Origin: Eledone cirrhosa
Taxonomy: Eukaryota
Assembly: GCA_964016885.1 (NCBI GenBank)
Contig: OZ024742.1
Coordinates: forward strand, 38,254,001 to 38,318,000
DNA length: 64,000 bases
Direction of reading: 5' to 3'
The notes beneath the pieces were generated by a model. The model was not told the origin of the DNA. It was given only the letters and a program-made list of their open reading frames with translations, and made no database searches. The position numbers were made by a program, and so were the translations under genes. Positions 1 to 15,105 of the stretch are shown one piece after another; position 1 is the first letter of the stretch, and each line of letters begins with the position of its first letter.

Positions 1-3000
1 TATGCATTTTAATTAACTACCAGCATGAACACTAATTATATGCAAATTAGTAATCCCATTTCAGAATATTACTAAGAGCAAATGAGTATATAATCCTATC
101 AAATGTTTTCTTGTGGTTGATTATATGATATACATGCTTCCAACTAGGTCGGAAAATCAAAGGTGTTTATCATTTCATTATTTTTTCAAGTTACAGTGAA
201 ATTCGTATTTTCTGTCATGTTTATATGTCAAGATATTTTTTTAAATGTGTGTATTTAAATACACATTGGGTCAGTCTCAGTTAACCACTCTGTATACAGA
301 TATAACTTTATAATTGTTTCTACTTTGGGCACAAGGCCAGCAATTAGCCCAGTGTATTACTGGTACTTTATTTTATCGACCCCTTAAGGATGAAAGGCAA
401 AGTTAACCTCGGCGAACTTTGAACTCAGACCATAAAGGACCGTAACTCTTTGCTGCAAAGCATGGTGTCCGACTCTCTACCGATACTGCCAATCCACCGC
501 CCTTATAACTTTATAATATATATGAGACAGCGAAGTCTTTGTGGTATTCGTTTCGGCTCTCTAGTTCTTGGGTCGATTCTTCTTCTCACTCTCTGGAAGA
601 AATCTGTATTCAAACCTGAAGAGATAGGCCCAACCAAGTTTAAATATGCCCCAAGAAACGCCGTCAATATGGCGCTCCTAGGATTCCCTCAGGAGTTACG
701 AGTTCATACATACATATATCATATACATGTATTCAGGGGCTTCGTTTGCCTTAAAGATGTGAGGGAGACAAACCAACATTTGTTATTAAAGGAGCATGTA
801 TTACTTATGGTGCCTTTCCTGGACCCTATCACATAAGTAAAGTTTTACACTAATTAAATTTTATATACTCAAATGAAGTTAGGATATAACAAAAATAAGC
901 TTAAAAAGAATTTATTATATCAAATATACAAAAAATTAAACATAGACGTTTGAAAAAAATGGAGGGGGGGGGGGGGGTTGTCCCCTGAAACAAGGCCACT
1001 GCATACAATATATGTTCAGTTTTGAGAAGCTGGGCTGCTAACAAGATTCTTCTCACTGATGGTAGCTCACTATACCGGTGTATCAAGTGATGCTTGTGAA
1101 AGTACTTAGATATTCCAGTGTCTTAGCCTCGCTATTACCTACAGCGAGCGCGTTGGCTTACCTCTGAAATTATTAGAGGGAAACCCCGGCGCCTCGTGAT
1201 TGAGCGTATATGTCTTCTACCTCCTTTCCCTACTCTTTTGTATACAAATTGTATTTGTATGCATTCTATTGAAATACACTTTGTAGGTTTTTTCTTAAAA
1301 AAGGAATATTCACATAAAATGTTCAAATTCAGACAGGAAATAAAAGAAACAAACGAATGAAACAAATATCCAGTAGTAATTTCGCGCCCCCGAATTCACT
1401 TACATAACATTTTTGGCTATCACACATATACATCTACGCCAATAATTACTGTTAGAACATAAAGACCGTGTGACATTATGATTTAATTAAAATTTGTTGA
1501 ATAAAATTTATTTTATAAATAAGACTCTCCTTCCATATCCAATGTATGTATTAACATTCAGCAGTCACATTACCGAAGGATCTCTTGTGCCACGTACTTT
1601 GAAATAATATATGCTAATTTCCTTTCTATATTTAGTCGTGTTTTTTTTAAGCCAGAATATGAAGAAAACAACGAATGAGCTATGTAAAAAAAAAAGACGC
1701 TACTCTCTCATCTCCAATTTACAAAGTGAAGAACAGTAGTGATATAGTTAAGACAGGTGACGGACTAACTACTTCTAATGAAGAACACACTAGCAGAGTG
1801 ATGATGATACCGAAATTAACCACATGTTCATAGCTTCTTATGCTAACATGTGTTCGTGTGTTTGGTGGCATTTGCCAATTTTTTAACTCTTTATACCAAC
1901 CCGGCACAAAACCGTCTCTGGTTCTATGAAACAAAACCACTCATTTACAGGGTTTCTATTTAAATTAAAACTTCCAAAATAATTTTATAAGAAACATTTG
2001 ACAAGTTTGCTACAAATACTATCTGAATAATGAAATAATGTTAGTAAATGCCTTCAAATACTTCATTAATTAATTGAAATATAGTGTGTGGTGGTGAGGA
2101 ATATGGTAACAAAATGTTTGAGAATTTAACCGGAGCATGTTTTTAGAAAGGACATAGTTAAAGAGAGAAACTAAAAAAAAAATACTTGCAAGGCCTCAGG
2201 TTTATTAAAGAACCTGTGATTAATAAGATTGTGGGATGTTCATGCTTTGCTTACGGGCAAAGTGACCCGAGTGAAGTTAAATGGTTACAGCTGGTTCTGT
2301 TTAATTTTATGAAAATAAGCCTTTCAATCTTTCAAGCTGTGACTACTAAAATGCAATGAAATATAGAGTTAATATATTTTTTATTGCTTTTAGGTCATAT
2401 GCGCCTGAAACTTAATTTTAATCACCGCATTTTTTTTTAATTATCGAAATAATTAAGAAAAAGACAGAAGTAATCGTGCATTTGTGATAAAGAAATGAAC
2501 GAACGGTTTAAAGACGGAATTTTAATTGAAAGAAAAGGCATTTGGAGCGTTTTTACTCTACCTCAAGCATGGTTGTATTGTAAGATGACATTCATAATTA
2601 TTTTAAACAAAGGCATAAAGTAGAAGGTTTTTGTTAAGAAAGTGGCGTTCATTCCCTTCTCAAGTATATCAGAACTTCTCATATCTTTCCAATCGAACCC
2701 TCAATATTAGTGCCTGTGTAAAGGGCCGACAGGTACATCAGCACATAGGGAAGGCATGAACGTCACATACTTTCTCAGTTCAAATTGCCTATAACAACCG
2801 AAACCCTTCATGTTTACTTACGTAAGAAAATTAATTCTGACATGCGAACCGGGACATTGCATAATTACTGGTCATTATGTTGAGTGGTAAGCTGATTTGA
2901 TGACACACAAAAAAAAAACTGGTTGTTTTAATTTTTTTTTTTTTAAGTATAAAAATACATATACACAGGGGATTAGGTCAATTAAATAGGCTACATGTAA

Positions 3001-4387
3001 CAACCGAAACAAAAAAAAAAAATCAAATCGTGGTTTCAGTTTTCTGAACGATACCATCATGTACTGAAACCAGTAAGAACATTGAAAAAGTAACTGGACG
3101 TCCTAAGCAAACTTGCCGAAAATATTTTAAATAATGTTTCTTAATAATTTTTTTCTTAGTTGAATCCAAACAAAAAGGTAAAACAAATTGCCAGACCTTT
3201 GGCTTCGGTTTACAAAACCTACATTGGTTTTACGTAACAGAATGATTGAAACATAAATGGGTTATAATTAAACCAATTCTTAAAACACAATTTACTAAAC
3301 ATTTTCCTTGTAAAATGTACTATATATATATGCTTTCTGCATATGCCGCAGCGAAAAAAAAAAGCCCTTTGCTGCTACAGCCAACCATGCTCATGCAACA
3401 CATGTGAAAGATCAAGGAGGTTTTCTTTTAAGTGAAGAAAGGCCTTGCACTGGACCAATCGCACTCATTGAACAACGGTTGCAGGTTATGAAAAAGAAGA
3501 ACAGGTCAACATCATTGGCTGCCATTGGGTTATAGGGTTTACATCAATTTTCGTTCTCCTGAAATGACCTAACAAAGACCAGGAGTATCTCACTCCTTGT
3601 GGGCTAACGGCGCGTTCGGGCACCAAAACTAATATTTCCATGTCCCCGCGCAAGCAAACAAACATGCATACTGGATGTCGATCGATTCAATAAGCAATAT
3701 TAGTTATGAATTATTCATGTTAAGAATATATATAACTATTTAAAGTAAATAAAGAAACTAAAAAGAAGTGTTTGTTTTAACACTTAACTAATACTTTATT
3801 TTATCGACCACGGCAGGATTCGAACTTAGAACAAATACTGCTAAGCATTTGACCGATGTTCTAAGGACTGTCAATGATAATAATATTGGTTTCTAATTTA
3901 GGTAGAAGGCAAGTACTTTGGGAGACAAGGGAAAGTCGATTACAAAAAAACAGTACTTGACTGGTATTTAAATTTATCGACACCGAAAGGATGAACGGCA
4001 AGGTTGACCTCGGCCGGATTTGAACTCAGAAATAAAAATAAAAGTGAGGTAGTAAAAAAGGCGAACTATAAAAATTCAAAACCAGCCAGTCACAATACAG
4101 AGCTGTACTTAAATAAACTTAATGTTGAACTACGGTATTGGAAGAAGGAAAAACTGTTAGCGAACGAATGAATGGACATACTCGACTGGACAAGCAACAC
4201 AATCTAGTCTTATCACTGATTAGTGAGGGGAATATTTAAAAACCAATTATTTTTAATTCATTAATCAATAATATGACTAGGTGGTTTGTCTATTCTAGTG
4301 GATGCATTTATTTGCTGATTATAATTTTCATTTCCCGCTGTTCAAACACAAAATCACTCAGAAGTTTAAACACCTACACTTCACTCG

Positions 4388-4459
4388 AACGATTCTTGTT
4401 GGCAGTTATAATTAAAATTGTAGTTAAACGATTCTTGTTGGCAGTTATAATTAAAATTA
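4388..4459. repeat. Short tandem duplication (39-bp period)
   Basis: AACGATTCTTGTTGGCAGTTATAATTAAAATT occurs twice. Confidence 0.85.
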
Positions 4460-5107
4460 TTCATAAGAGCTTTTAAAGACCGTAAATTTATAGAACAAAT
4501 TAGGCACAGACATAGTTTTCCGGTAATGAAATTTGATTTGCAGCCACGTTATAATAGGTTTGAACCCACTGCGCGGCACCTACTATACACTCTAGTTGAC
4601 CAAGCCTTTGGGGTGGGGGTGACGAACGGAAACTATACAGATGCTAGTCGTATATATGTATGTGTCTGGTTTATATTGTCTATTTATGTTCGACAAATAG
4701 AGATGGATACTCGAGTCGACATGATTGATTGAAAAAAAAAAAAAAAAAACTCTTGAAAACTGTCTTATAGCTGCAATCGACCGATTGAAACCAGTAAAAG
4801 GATAAAGAAAATGAAAGTCGACGTTTGTTAAAAGGGGGGAAAAGTCAGGTATTGATTTGCACCAGCTGTATTTATAGACGACCCAGTGCTTAACAGAACT
4901 GCTCTAAAACAATCTGAGTTAAGTTTACGTAGAGCCGGGTCACAACCGTCCAAAAGCGATCCACAAACTCCGGTTTCAATTGATGGCTATCATAGCCATT
5001 TCATTGATGCCCTTGAGGAAAACCACAACTGTCAAACAATCTCATTCGTTCCTGCCACTATAAACACGATCTTATGCCTATATAGAAAATCAATACACAC
5101 ACACATG

Positions 5108-5144
<37 letters not shown>

Positions 5145-5650
5145 TTAAGGCTAAATTTGAGTCTTGTTACTCTGGAATCATCAGACTATAACAGTACTCG
5201 ATCTCGCGTCCATAATTACTAAGAGGATTTTTCAACTATATATATATATATATCTATATATAAACATAAGCGTTAATTCCTCAACCACACCTCTTAATCA
5301 TTGATATTAAACAATTTAATATGTATTACAAGCATGAACGTGTCTAGTTATGCCTACGCTGTGATTAAATACATATTCTTTAAACAAACAATCGTACCTT
5401 AATTGCAAATTGTTTAACTTGATGCCTATATTATTACATTTTCCCCTGCACCTCTCTCACAGAGGGGGGGGGGGGGAATATCTATCAAATATATTAATAA
5501 ATGAAGGGCAGTGCATACTACTAATGTTCAGTGGAGGGAGACACCCTGAATCATGCAAATGAAAAAAAATGTGATTAAACGCCGGCATCATGTTTATTGG
5601 AAGAGGGAAAAGGTATAATAATAGAATGGTTGTCAGCTTTCAGATAATTA

Positions 5651-5652
<2 letters not shown>

Positions 5653-5683
<31 letters not shown>

Positions 5684-5696
5684 CATATACATATAT

Positions 5697-5787
<91 letters not shown>

Positions 5788-5792
5788 CACAC
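5653..5792. repeat. (TA)n/(TACA) microsatellite
   Basis: Seen directly; similar tracts lie at 15361-15424, 17757-17820, 19981-20070 and 37921-37954. Confidence 0.95.
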
Positions 5793-8700
5793 TTGTATTG
5801 AATACTCTATTTTCATGTAAAATTCCATTGGTGTGTGTATATATATATATATATATGAGAGAGAGATGTTCAGTGTAATTTTCGAATAAAATTCAAGGCA
5901 ACTCAGTAACTGACTCAATGCATTCTAAATGTATAAATGTATATTCTTTTAATGAAATATGACCTTAGCGGAACCTTACAAAATAAGATATGTATTGGGA
6001 CAGTTACATGTCATGTAAGGTCATACTTCTTTAAAAAAAAAGTGTTTGTATATCCTCACTTATGTCATAATAAATTTCTACACTACCCATCAGTATTGAG
6101 TACTCATTCAATTAATGTTTAAACTATTTGAATACTATGGAATTTAAAACACATATTCTAATATATATATACACACACACACACATGTATATACTGGTGT
6201 GCTAATGCCGCTAGCTATGGATGACACAGACGGTCGAGCCATTGACGGTTGCTAGAAACAGCAGCCATATCTCTTTCGAATTACACCCTATTGTATGTAA
6301 TAAAGAATATTGATAAATGAAGTCTCTTTATCTCTCTCTTTAAAGTGCGAAAGGATGAGATGGCCAATACTAGAGTGCCTGTGATCATAAGTATGCTAAA
6401 TTGGGGATAAGGAACAAACGCAAGGTTGTATGAATCTGATTCAAAATCCAGATGTCTGGAAAGCCGCACGTTTAAAAAAAGCCTTTCGCGGCGTCTTAGT
6501 AGTCGTAGCAGTGTGAGGTGGGAGAGATAGACAGAGAAGAGAATAAGGAAATTTGAGAGGGTAAAAAGCAAATGTAAAAGGGAGAAATGAGAACTGTAAG
6601 AGAAAGGAGAACTAGAAAGTGAAGTAATTAGGGTTCTAGACGCTTAATTGTGACAATTAGTGTGTATAATAAAGATGTATTTGTCAAGAGTGTTGATGAT
6701 GACTTACTTAACACAAGCACGAAGCATCCGTTGGTTCCAATTTGGAAAGCGAAATAGGCTTGCAACTACAAGAGCTGAGGAGGTATGCCACCGAGAACGT
6801 CCCACCGCAATAGTCAGTATTTTTTATAGATACATACATTTATAAGGTGAGATAAATCAAATCGAGTGGTGGTGTGATATGTCAACAAAAGAGAATTGAA
6901 ACCGGCTAAATGATCTCTTACTCGTGGTTGCCAGTGAGCCGATATATTAATGAACCTCTACATTATAAGTTCAAGTCAGACCAAAGTCGGCTTTGCCTTT
7001 CATTCGTCGTATGGTGGTGGGGAATTTAAATAAAAAACGAGTCAATTGAATCACTTTATCTTTCTACATATGTGCCAATATCACTAGTGATACATAAAGC
7101 AGCTTGGATTATTCTTAGAAAAAATAACAAAATTAGCAACATCAACATGAAAGCAGGCGTAGTACTGTAGTCGCAACCCGGTTTCCATTTCCAGCTGGAA
7201 CCCCATTTCATTGTGAACTATGCTAATGTTTTTCGCAAAAATAATAATAATAATATATGAATGAATAAATTAAATAAAATAAGGCATGAATATTACCACC
7301 CCTCGCTTCCTTTCAAAATGAAAATGTGGGACTTCATATCAACGTGAAAAGCTACAATCGTCGTTAAACGATTACCTTTGTCGTCATTACTGGTATTATA
7401 TAAATGTTATCATTAATATTATTATTATCGTGATCAATCATTAACAGCATTATTATTATCCTAATAATTTCTACTTAAATTGAACACCATAAATCGGCAA
7501 CACGAGAAAACGAAGGTAAAAATCGTGTAAAAAGTAAAATAACATTCTGGAATAAAATTTAAGTGAAAAGACAGAGAAGAAGCAGGTGATGAAGAAAACA
7601 GAATAAAAATAAAAAGGAAAACGAATGATATATATGTAAAATAGATGACAAGTATCTCACCTTTAAATGTAATGAACCATAGTGATGCTAGCTATAGCAA
7701 AGGAAAGAGAGGAGAGGAGCGTGGAGGGAGAGATAAAAATATAGAGAGAGTGTGGTAAAAAGAGACATAGGCATGTGTAGAGAGAGAAAGAATATAGAGA
7801 GATAGTAGGAGAAAAACTAGCAAATACAGAGAGAAGGATTCAGAGTAGTAAAAGAGAGAGAAAGATATAAAAAGACGAGAGAGAGCAAAACAGAAACAAT
7901 ATAAGGGAGATTGTAGAGAGAGAGAAATACAGATTAGATAGGCTGAGAGAGAAGAGCATAAATAGACATGTAAAGTGGGCTATGTTAGTGAATTGTGAAT
8001 AGGAATAAAACGTTTCGGACACTGCCCCTCACCGGTGATGGACAGACAGACAGAGAGGTGAGACATATGTATATAGAGAAACAGAGAAATGATAGCGAGG
8101 CAAACAGTTAAACAGACACTTGCCAGTTAGAAAGATAGACGGACATAGATAGGGAAACTACAATAGATAACAGTGAAAGGGGGGAAAATAAAGCATTATC
8201 TATAATGCCCAAGATTAGTAGTTAAGGGACCATGGATGTATGGACATATTTAAACTACAAAATAGATTTTTCTTCTTACCCTTGCATAGTCATATATATG
8301 GCAGTGATTGTACTGTATTGCAATGTATTAGTTTAACCTTGTGACCAACAAAAGGTTGTGGGACGAGCTTCTCTTTCTCCCTTAACCACAGGAAAAGGCA
8401 TACATATCAGAACTTAAAAACAAACGAACAAACAAAAAAAACATCTGAAGTATATGCACCAGGTGTCTCGTGAATAAGAAAGCCAATACCCCTTTGTTTA
8501 GAAATAAAGGTTCCTTGCTCGAATTCAGTCTAGTACTATGAACACAACTGGAATTGTCAGAGCGCTCAAAATGCTAATAATCCCGTTCGTTTGCGTTCCG
8601 AGTTCAAGTACAACCTAGGCCGACTGTAGTCATCCCCAATAAGAAAAAGTACCGGTCTGGTACTGAGGTATATATAATCATTTATAGCCCACTCTACCCC

Positions 8701-10149
8701 ACAGAACGTGAGGCTTTGTGCCTGTCATTATTATCTCTATACTTACTCCAGAAACAAATGAATAAGACAATGAAGTATAGGAAGGAATTTGTATGTCTAT
8801 TTTGCTGTATAACCTTAATGTATGATTTCCTTTTGTTTTGTTAGTGTAGTGATAGTCACCACACACACACATGTATCATGTAGAGATTAGTTAGCCTGAT
8901 GTAAATCGAAAAAAAGATTGATAAATGACCTCGAAATGTAATGGAGGGGAACGTAGCCGACCGAAAGATTTCGAGTTTGGTGGATTTTATTATTTTAAAA
9001 AATTCTTTTTTCTTCCTTTTATTTTTTATAAAGATCGGAACTTGCCGGTCGCTTCTTCTAACGACGCCAGATCTTCGCCAGTGTATGAGATATATAATAG
9101 TATTAATGAAGTGTTTGTGTACATCAGTATCATGTGTGTGTGTGATGTACTGTTGCTGCATGAAGTGAGGTGGTTTTATTAATTCATGTATGTGTAATGC
9201 TGCAGTAGTGAGTGAACGCCTGAGCATCATATGTTACGTGAGGGTTATGTATTATGCAAGTGTGTATATCTGCAAGGGTACGCGTGTATAAGTGGAGCTG
9301 TTCTTATGATTTATGCATTGTGTGTAGGAGGAACTGTGTGTATATATATGTGTGGGTGTACATATGTAATTGTGTCTCTGTGTAAGTGCATATGACTATA
9401 GGAGTATGCGTCTACCAAGAAGTGCGCCCTTCACATTGGCATGCTTACTACAACATTGTAGTGTGGAGGAAAGGAAAGAGGAGCACGGTACTATTGGGGG
9501 GGAAGGAAAATTCGCGCAATGAGGGAGAAGAGATGACTAAGAAGGGAAGAAAAGAAAACAACAAAGGACGAAGCTCACACCATCATACATAGCCGGTTCT
9601 CGATTCTGATTAGTGGATAATATCAACTGAGAAACAACTAACCAATCAGATCTCATGTAATGTATTGTCACTCGGTAGCGGACGCAAAGCTTGGATAGAT
9701 ACACGCAGAAATACATACAATCGTATACAATTTATACGCACACATATGAACATCCGGGAACGCATACACTATTAGTTATATATTGTTAAGCGTACATATA
9801 CATATTCACAAATACACATGCATGTGCACAGACATACCCAATAAATATGGTTTCACATATATATATAGTCATAAATACATGCATGTGCACATACACACAC
9901 ATTCGAATACTCGTTTCCAACACCAAAAACATTAGTTATAAATATTTTATAATTCGGCTTTGTACACATGATCGTGACCATCTCTTTTTTTTTCTTTTTG
10001 TTAACAGTCAATATTTACTCTGATACATAAATTTTATTCAGCAAATTTCAAGTGGATTTTATAATGTTTGTAATAAAAAATATAAAAAAAGGATGTTAAA
10101 AAAAATCCCCAAAGTAAGGGAAAGGGTGGTGCATTAGAATCTTCACTCT

Positions 10150-10870
10150 AATCTAGGCGGTATATTTCAACTCTGCCTCACTGACAAAATGGCAAAGGCG
10201 TTGCCTGGAAGAACAGCTAGTAACACCTGCTGCATCAGTCACTCTACTTTACGGAGGAGGGGGTCCTAAGCCAGGATGCACTTCATCCAAATTTTGTGAT
10301 AGGAAACAGCAGTTTGGGGATCAAGTACAACAGCGATCTCACTGGTGGTATGAAAAATAAGAGGTCGGGCAAGTCCCGTTATTTAGCTATCTTCCTCTCC
10401 TCTGTGTTAGGGGTGTCAGTGCCATGGTTTGAGGCTAAAGCAACATGATTGGCGGCAGAGAATGTGTCACAAATTGTGGTGTCCCAGATTAGAGATTTAC
10501 CGCCCTCGGACAGGAAGAGGGTTAGCCTGCCTTACTATCACCAGGGTTGATGCCAGCCAGCCTCAGTTGTAATGGGGAACCAGCTGCTTGAAAGCTCTTT
10601 CTGATGATGTCATTCAAGGGAACTGACCTACACTTAGACAACAAGATAGCAAATGTAGTCCAAACTTATCAACCATGGCTCCACAATGGCATTTGTGTGA
10701 CTCACAAACATGGAGGCCAAGGTGCTGGGTTACTCTGATGCGAGTGCACTCATCATCAAGAAGGGTAATGGTTGATGAGGAGAGCACCAAATTGAGCCAC
10801 ATGCTACTGCTTGGCTGCAAAGCAGACAAGATGGTGTTGGTCCAGAGAAGAGTTGACCTGCATGATTGCT
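10150..10870 (-). mobile_element. CRE-like non-LTR retrotransposon C-terminal fragment (zinc knuckle + restriction-like endonuclease)
   Basis: LDDECTRI..LGLHVCESHKCHCGAMVDKFGLHLLSC, then remnants of GKSLIWDTTICDTF, the pattern of CRE-clade RLE domains. Confidence 0.7.
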
Positions 10871-10990
10871 TTTTGCTCTGGTTTTCGAACTATGAAACAG
10901 TGCCATAAGGAAAATAATGACTTTTTCCTGAATATTATGTGCTTTATATATGTGTACAAAATACTGTTTCTAAAATGATGTATGGTTCTT

Positions 10991-11027
<37 letters not shown>

Positions 11028-11174
11028 TTATTAAAATAACATTAAAGTTTAAGTAAAGAATCGCTGCTTTTTATCGAGCCCTCTTTGGATTTTAGTCTTC
11101 AAATTTATTATTATTACTATATATATATATACATATATCTTTCAATTTGAATTATATATATATGTATTATGAAG

Positions 11175-12070
11175 TTAGTTGATAGTTTGCCAGAATACTT
11201 TATTAGTTTGATTAACCTCAAAGTCCTCCCATGTCTTAACCTTAGATGCTGTCTCTGCTGTAATTTTTCATGCTTGCTGATACTGTGAGTACAAGAAGGA
11301 AGACTTATTTCTAAGTAAGCCTCCTTCTTTGCTCAGATGCCATATTTAACCTGATTGAACCAGGGTTCAACCATCCAGTACCACACCAAGTCACTTTTAC
11401 CCACCCCAATTAACGGCTAATGTGGGATTGGCAAAGCTGAGTAACTGAACAACTTAGCCTCTCCTTTATAACAAACATCCAGAATCAAAGAAATCAGAGA
11501 CAATACAACAATCAATTATTGACTTTATACTATTATTTCCTTTATACTATGTATACATATGGATGTATTTGTGCTGCAGTAGGTGTTCGTATTAGAGAGC
11601 CCACTACTAGAAAAGAAGTCTAATAAGACCTCTGTTCGCATCTAGATCAGGATCACCATTCCTTCCATGTCCGGTGAGGATATATGTCTCAGTTTTAACT
11701 ACATTTAATGCTACTGTGACTTCATCAAAGATGTATCTGTATTCAAACTCCTGGTTGGTGCATAAATTTGCAATATTCACAGAGGCCTTTCTTTCAACTG
11801 AAATTTCAAGAGACAAATCCTCTTTCCAATGGGATCCATTTCATAACTCATTCAGACAGCTGGACAATTGTGAGGATACTCACTTCCACCTGTGCAGTCC
11901 TTTGTGGTACCCCACCTCCATCCAAATCTATGGTACCAGAGCCATGGAACTTTGTTGAGAAAACCCTGATTATATCTAATCGGTAACATCTGGCCTCTTC
12001 CACTAGTCCCTGCTCCCTACCTCTAAGAGTTGTAATGTTCCAGATGCCAATTGTTAGTGTTTGCTCCCTT
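11175..12070 (-). mobile_element. Degenerate LINE 5' part (APE endonuclease region)
   Basis: The minus strand gives LTIGIWNITTLRGREQGLVEEARCYRLDII..., an endonuclease N-terminal pattern, and further on KKEAY..KTWEDF..FWQTI. Confidence 0.65.
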
Positions 12071-12579
12071 TTGAATTTTCAGTGGAATCTTGGGATAGTC
12101 AGTGTTTGTGTGTCCATTCCATGCCTCCCAGATCAGGTTACATTGCCAGTCTTTTCAGCCTAAGATGGACATAGTCGTATATTTTTCCCTTGTTACCCCA
12201 TGTGAAGGACAATACAGTAGGATTCCTTTTATTCAATCTGACTATACTGTAGGTTTTGTTGATCTTATTCATACCTGTCACTAATTTGCTAATTTTCTTA
12301 GGCCAGCAAAGACTAGTCTTTTTTAGGAGCAGTCTTTACTCTTTACTTGCCTCATCATAACTACATCACTGGGTTGTGAGAGGTTTCCTGAGAGCTAACA
12401 GTGTCACCTATTGTTCCATCTCACCTAGCGGCTTACTGCTCTTTGGTCCAAAGTTGCTTACATCCAGCAGGAGCCTGCATATATTGTAACTAACAATCAT
12501 ATCACTATCCATCGCCTGAGACCTATTCTTTAGCAAAACAGCTCTGCCAAGAAATATATATATAGAGAGAGAGAGAGAA

Positions 12580-14449
12580 GTGTGTCTGTAATGATGATGG
12601 TGTATCTGCCATCACTGACGCTGATAAGAAGGTAGCTTGGAAGTGTCACTACGAAAGGCTACTAAATGAGGAGAATAAATGGGAGAAAGACAGTTTCCCC
12701 CACAACGATCCAATAGAGAGACCAGCAGTGTTAGTCGAAGGTAGTATAATAAGTAAGGCAATCAAAGATTTGAAGACAGGCAAGGTGGCTGGGCCTTCGG
12801 AAATAGTTGCTGAAATATAGAAAGCATCTGGAACGGTGGGACACACTATGGTCACCCAGATAGTAAACCAAGTTATACAGAATGGGGTCGTACCAAAGGA
12901 CTGGCGTAGCAGCATCATCATTAACTGCTACAAGGGTAAAGGAGATGCCCTAGATAGGGGTAACTATAGAGGCATTAAATTAATCGACCAGGTCATGAAG
13001 GTTAGAATTAACAACGAATATAGTGAAGAGTTTAGCGTAAAAGTTGGTGTTCATCAGGGCTCCGTCCTTAGCCCCCTCCTATTTATTATCGCCCTCCAAG
13101 CTATAACGGTGGAGTTCAAGACCGGCTGCCCATGGGAACTTCTATACGCAGATGATCTAACGCTCATAGCCGAATCAATGGCTGAACTAGAGAAGAAATT
13201 CCAAACATGGAAGCATGGCCTAGAATCAAAAGGCCTTAAAGTTAACTTGTCTAAGACTAAAGTCCTAATATGTAGGAAAGAGAATAGGGCACTGGTCCCA
13301 TCTGGGAAATGGCCAGGCTCAGTGTGTAGGAAAGGAGCAGGCAGAAACTAAATTTTATGTCCCAAATGCAAAGTATGGGTGCATAAAAGATGTAGTGGGA
13401 TCACAGGTAAGCTAACTAAGAATATAGATTTTAGCAGCAAATGCCCACAAAATACTAGCTCATTCCATTGCCCAGATGGTTCTATAGAGATAGTGGACAC
13501 CTTCCGTTACCTGGGTGACAAAATCAGCAGTGGTGGAGGATACTCCGAAAGTACAGTAGCTAGAGTCCGAACGGGATGGAAAACGTTCAGAGAGCTTATA
13601 CCACTATTGGCCGCTAAAGGTTTCTCTATAAAAATAAAAGGCAGGCTGTATGATGGCCTGCATACGAACAGCGATGTTACATGGCAGTGAGACATGGGCA
13701 TTGTATGCAGAGGATCTACACAGACTGGAGAGGAACGAAGCCTGCATGCTCCGTTGTATGTGTAATAGTAATATACGCGAACGGCAAAGCATAAATGAAC
13801 TAAGTGAGAAATTGGGAATAAGAGGGATCAGATGCTGTTTACTCAAGAGAAAACTACGTTGGTATTGTCACGTGATGCGCATGAAAGATGACAGCTGTAT
13901 AAAAAAGTGCAGGGCGATCAAAATAGACGGAAGTTACAGAGTAGGCAGACCCAGAAAATCCTGGGACGACTTGATAAAATCCGACCTCACACACTTACAC
14001 CTCTCCAAGACAATGTCACTGGACCGAGATCTTTGGCGCTACGTAGTAATACAGAAGACCCGCCTTGCCTAAGTTCAAAGCGAAACTTACAGTCAGTAGG
14101 CACCTCTTAACCAAAATACACCCCCGTCCCACTAACCCTACCCCCACCGCCATCTACACCACCTCTTTTGATGGTACCACAACATCCAGTCCTAAATAAA
14201 TGAGGTCGTGTAGGTGTCACGACAAAAAAACACAGTCTACGCTGTAATGTTGCCGTGTAGGTAACACGGTAAAAACCTCCCAGTCCACACTGTAAACGTG
14301 GTTGGTGTTAGGAAGGGCATCCAGCCATAGAAAACCCGCCAGACAGTCCTGAGCAAGACAACCAATCTTGCCTCAAGTGGGACAATTCCCGTCCAGACCC
14401 ATGCAAGCGTGGAAAATGGATGTTAAATGATGATGATGATGATGATGAT
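12580..14449 (+). mobile_element. RTE LINE, 5'-truncated with internal deletions
   Basis: ORFs 12836-14072 carry RTE RT and C-terminal motifs; the 3' UTR ends in ...GTTAAAT(GAT)n. Highly similar to the 61346-63495 copy. Confidence 0.92.
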
Positions 14450-14878
14450 ATATATATATATATATATATATACACATCATCATCATCATTGTTTAATGTC
14501 TATCTTACACGCTACCATGGGTTATATATATATATACATACACACATATATAGGTGCAGGCATGGCTGTATGGTTAAGGAGTTTGCTTCACAACACCTTG
14601 GGTCGTGTCACATGAGTGGAATTTTGTGGATGAGAACTGCAGAAGCCTGTCATATCTATGTACATACATGTGTGCACCTGAGTATTTTCTGCCCTAGGTT
14701 AGCTCTACAATGTGTGCCCCCTTCTCCCAGTTATGCATCCCATTCTCCCAAGTCTTTACTTTAGTTTACAACATTATTCACAATATTCTGTCCACTACTA
14801 ATAAAGTTACTATAAACATTTGAATTAATAAACTTGTTTTTAGATATTTCCTGCTAAATCATTACAAGATATTGAGAG

Positions 14879-15105
14879 TTAACCCTTTAGCATTTACATT
14901 ACTCTATATATACTATTATATTTTCATCGTAAAGGCTTTACCTCACATAATTATCTCACATAATATCGAATCTACAAGATTGATGTTATTTATTTTGTGA
15001 ACAATACCTTAACATCAGTATGAATAGCCAGTTACAGCTGGTTTGAACAGAAAGAGGTAAGAGAATTCTCGCCGGATACAGCTGGTTTAAATGCTAAAGG
15101 ATTAA
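14879..15105. mobile_element. piggyBac-type (TTAA) MITE, family A
   Basis: TTAA-CCCTTTAGCATTTA ... TAAATGCTAAAGGA-TTAA; further copies at 22322-22674 and 46008-46224. Confidence 0.8.

Noticed and set aside
5575-5918. YIYI-rich ORFs (also near 14420, 27215, 32635)
   Set aside because: They are translations of (TA)n microsatellites.
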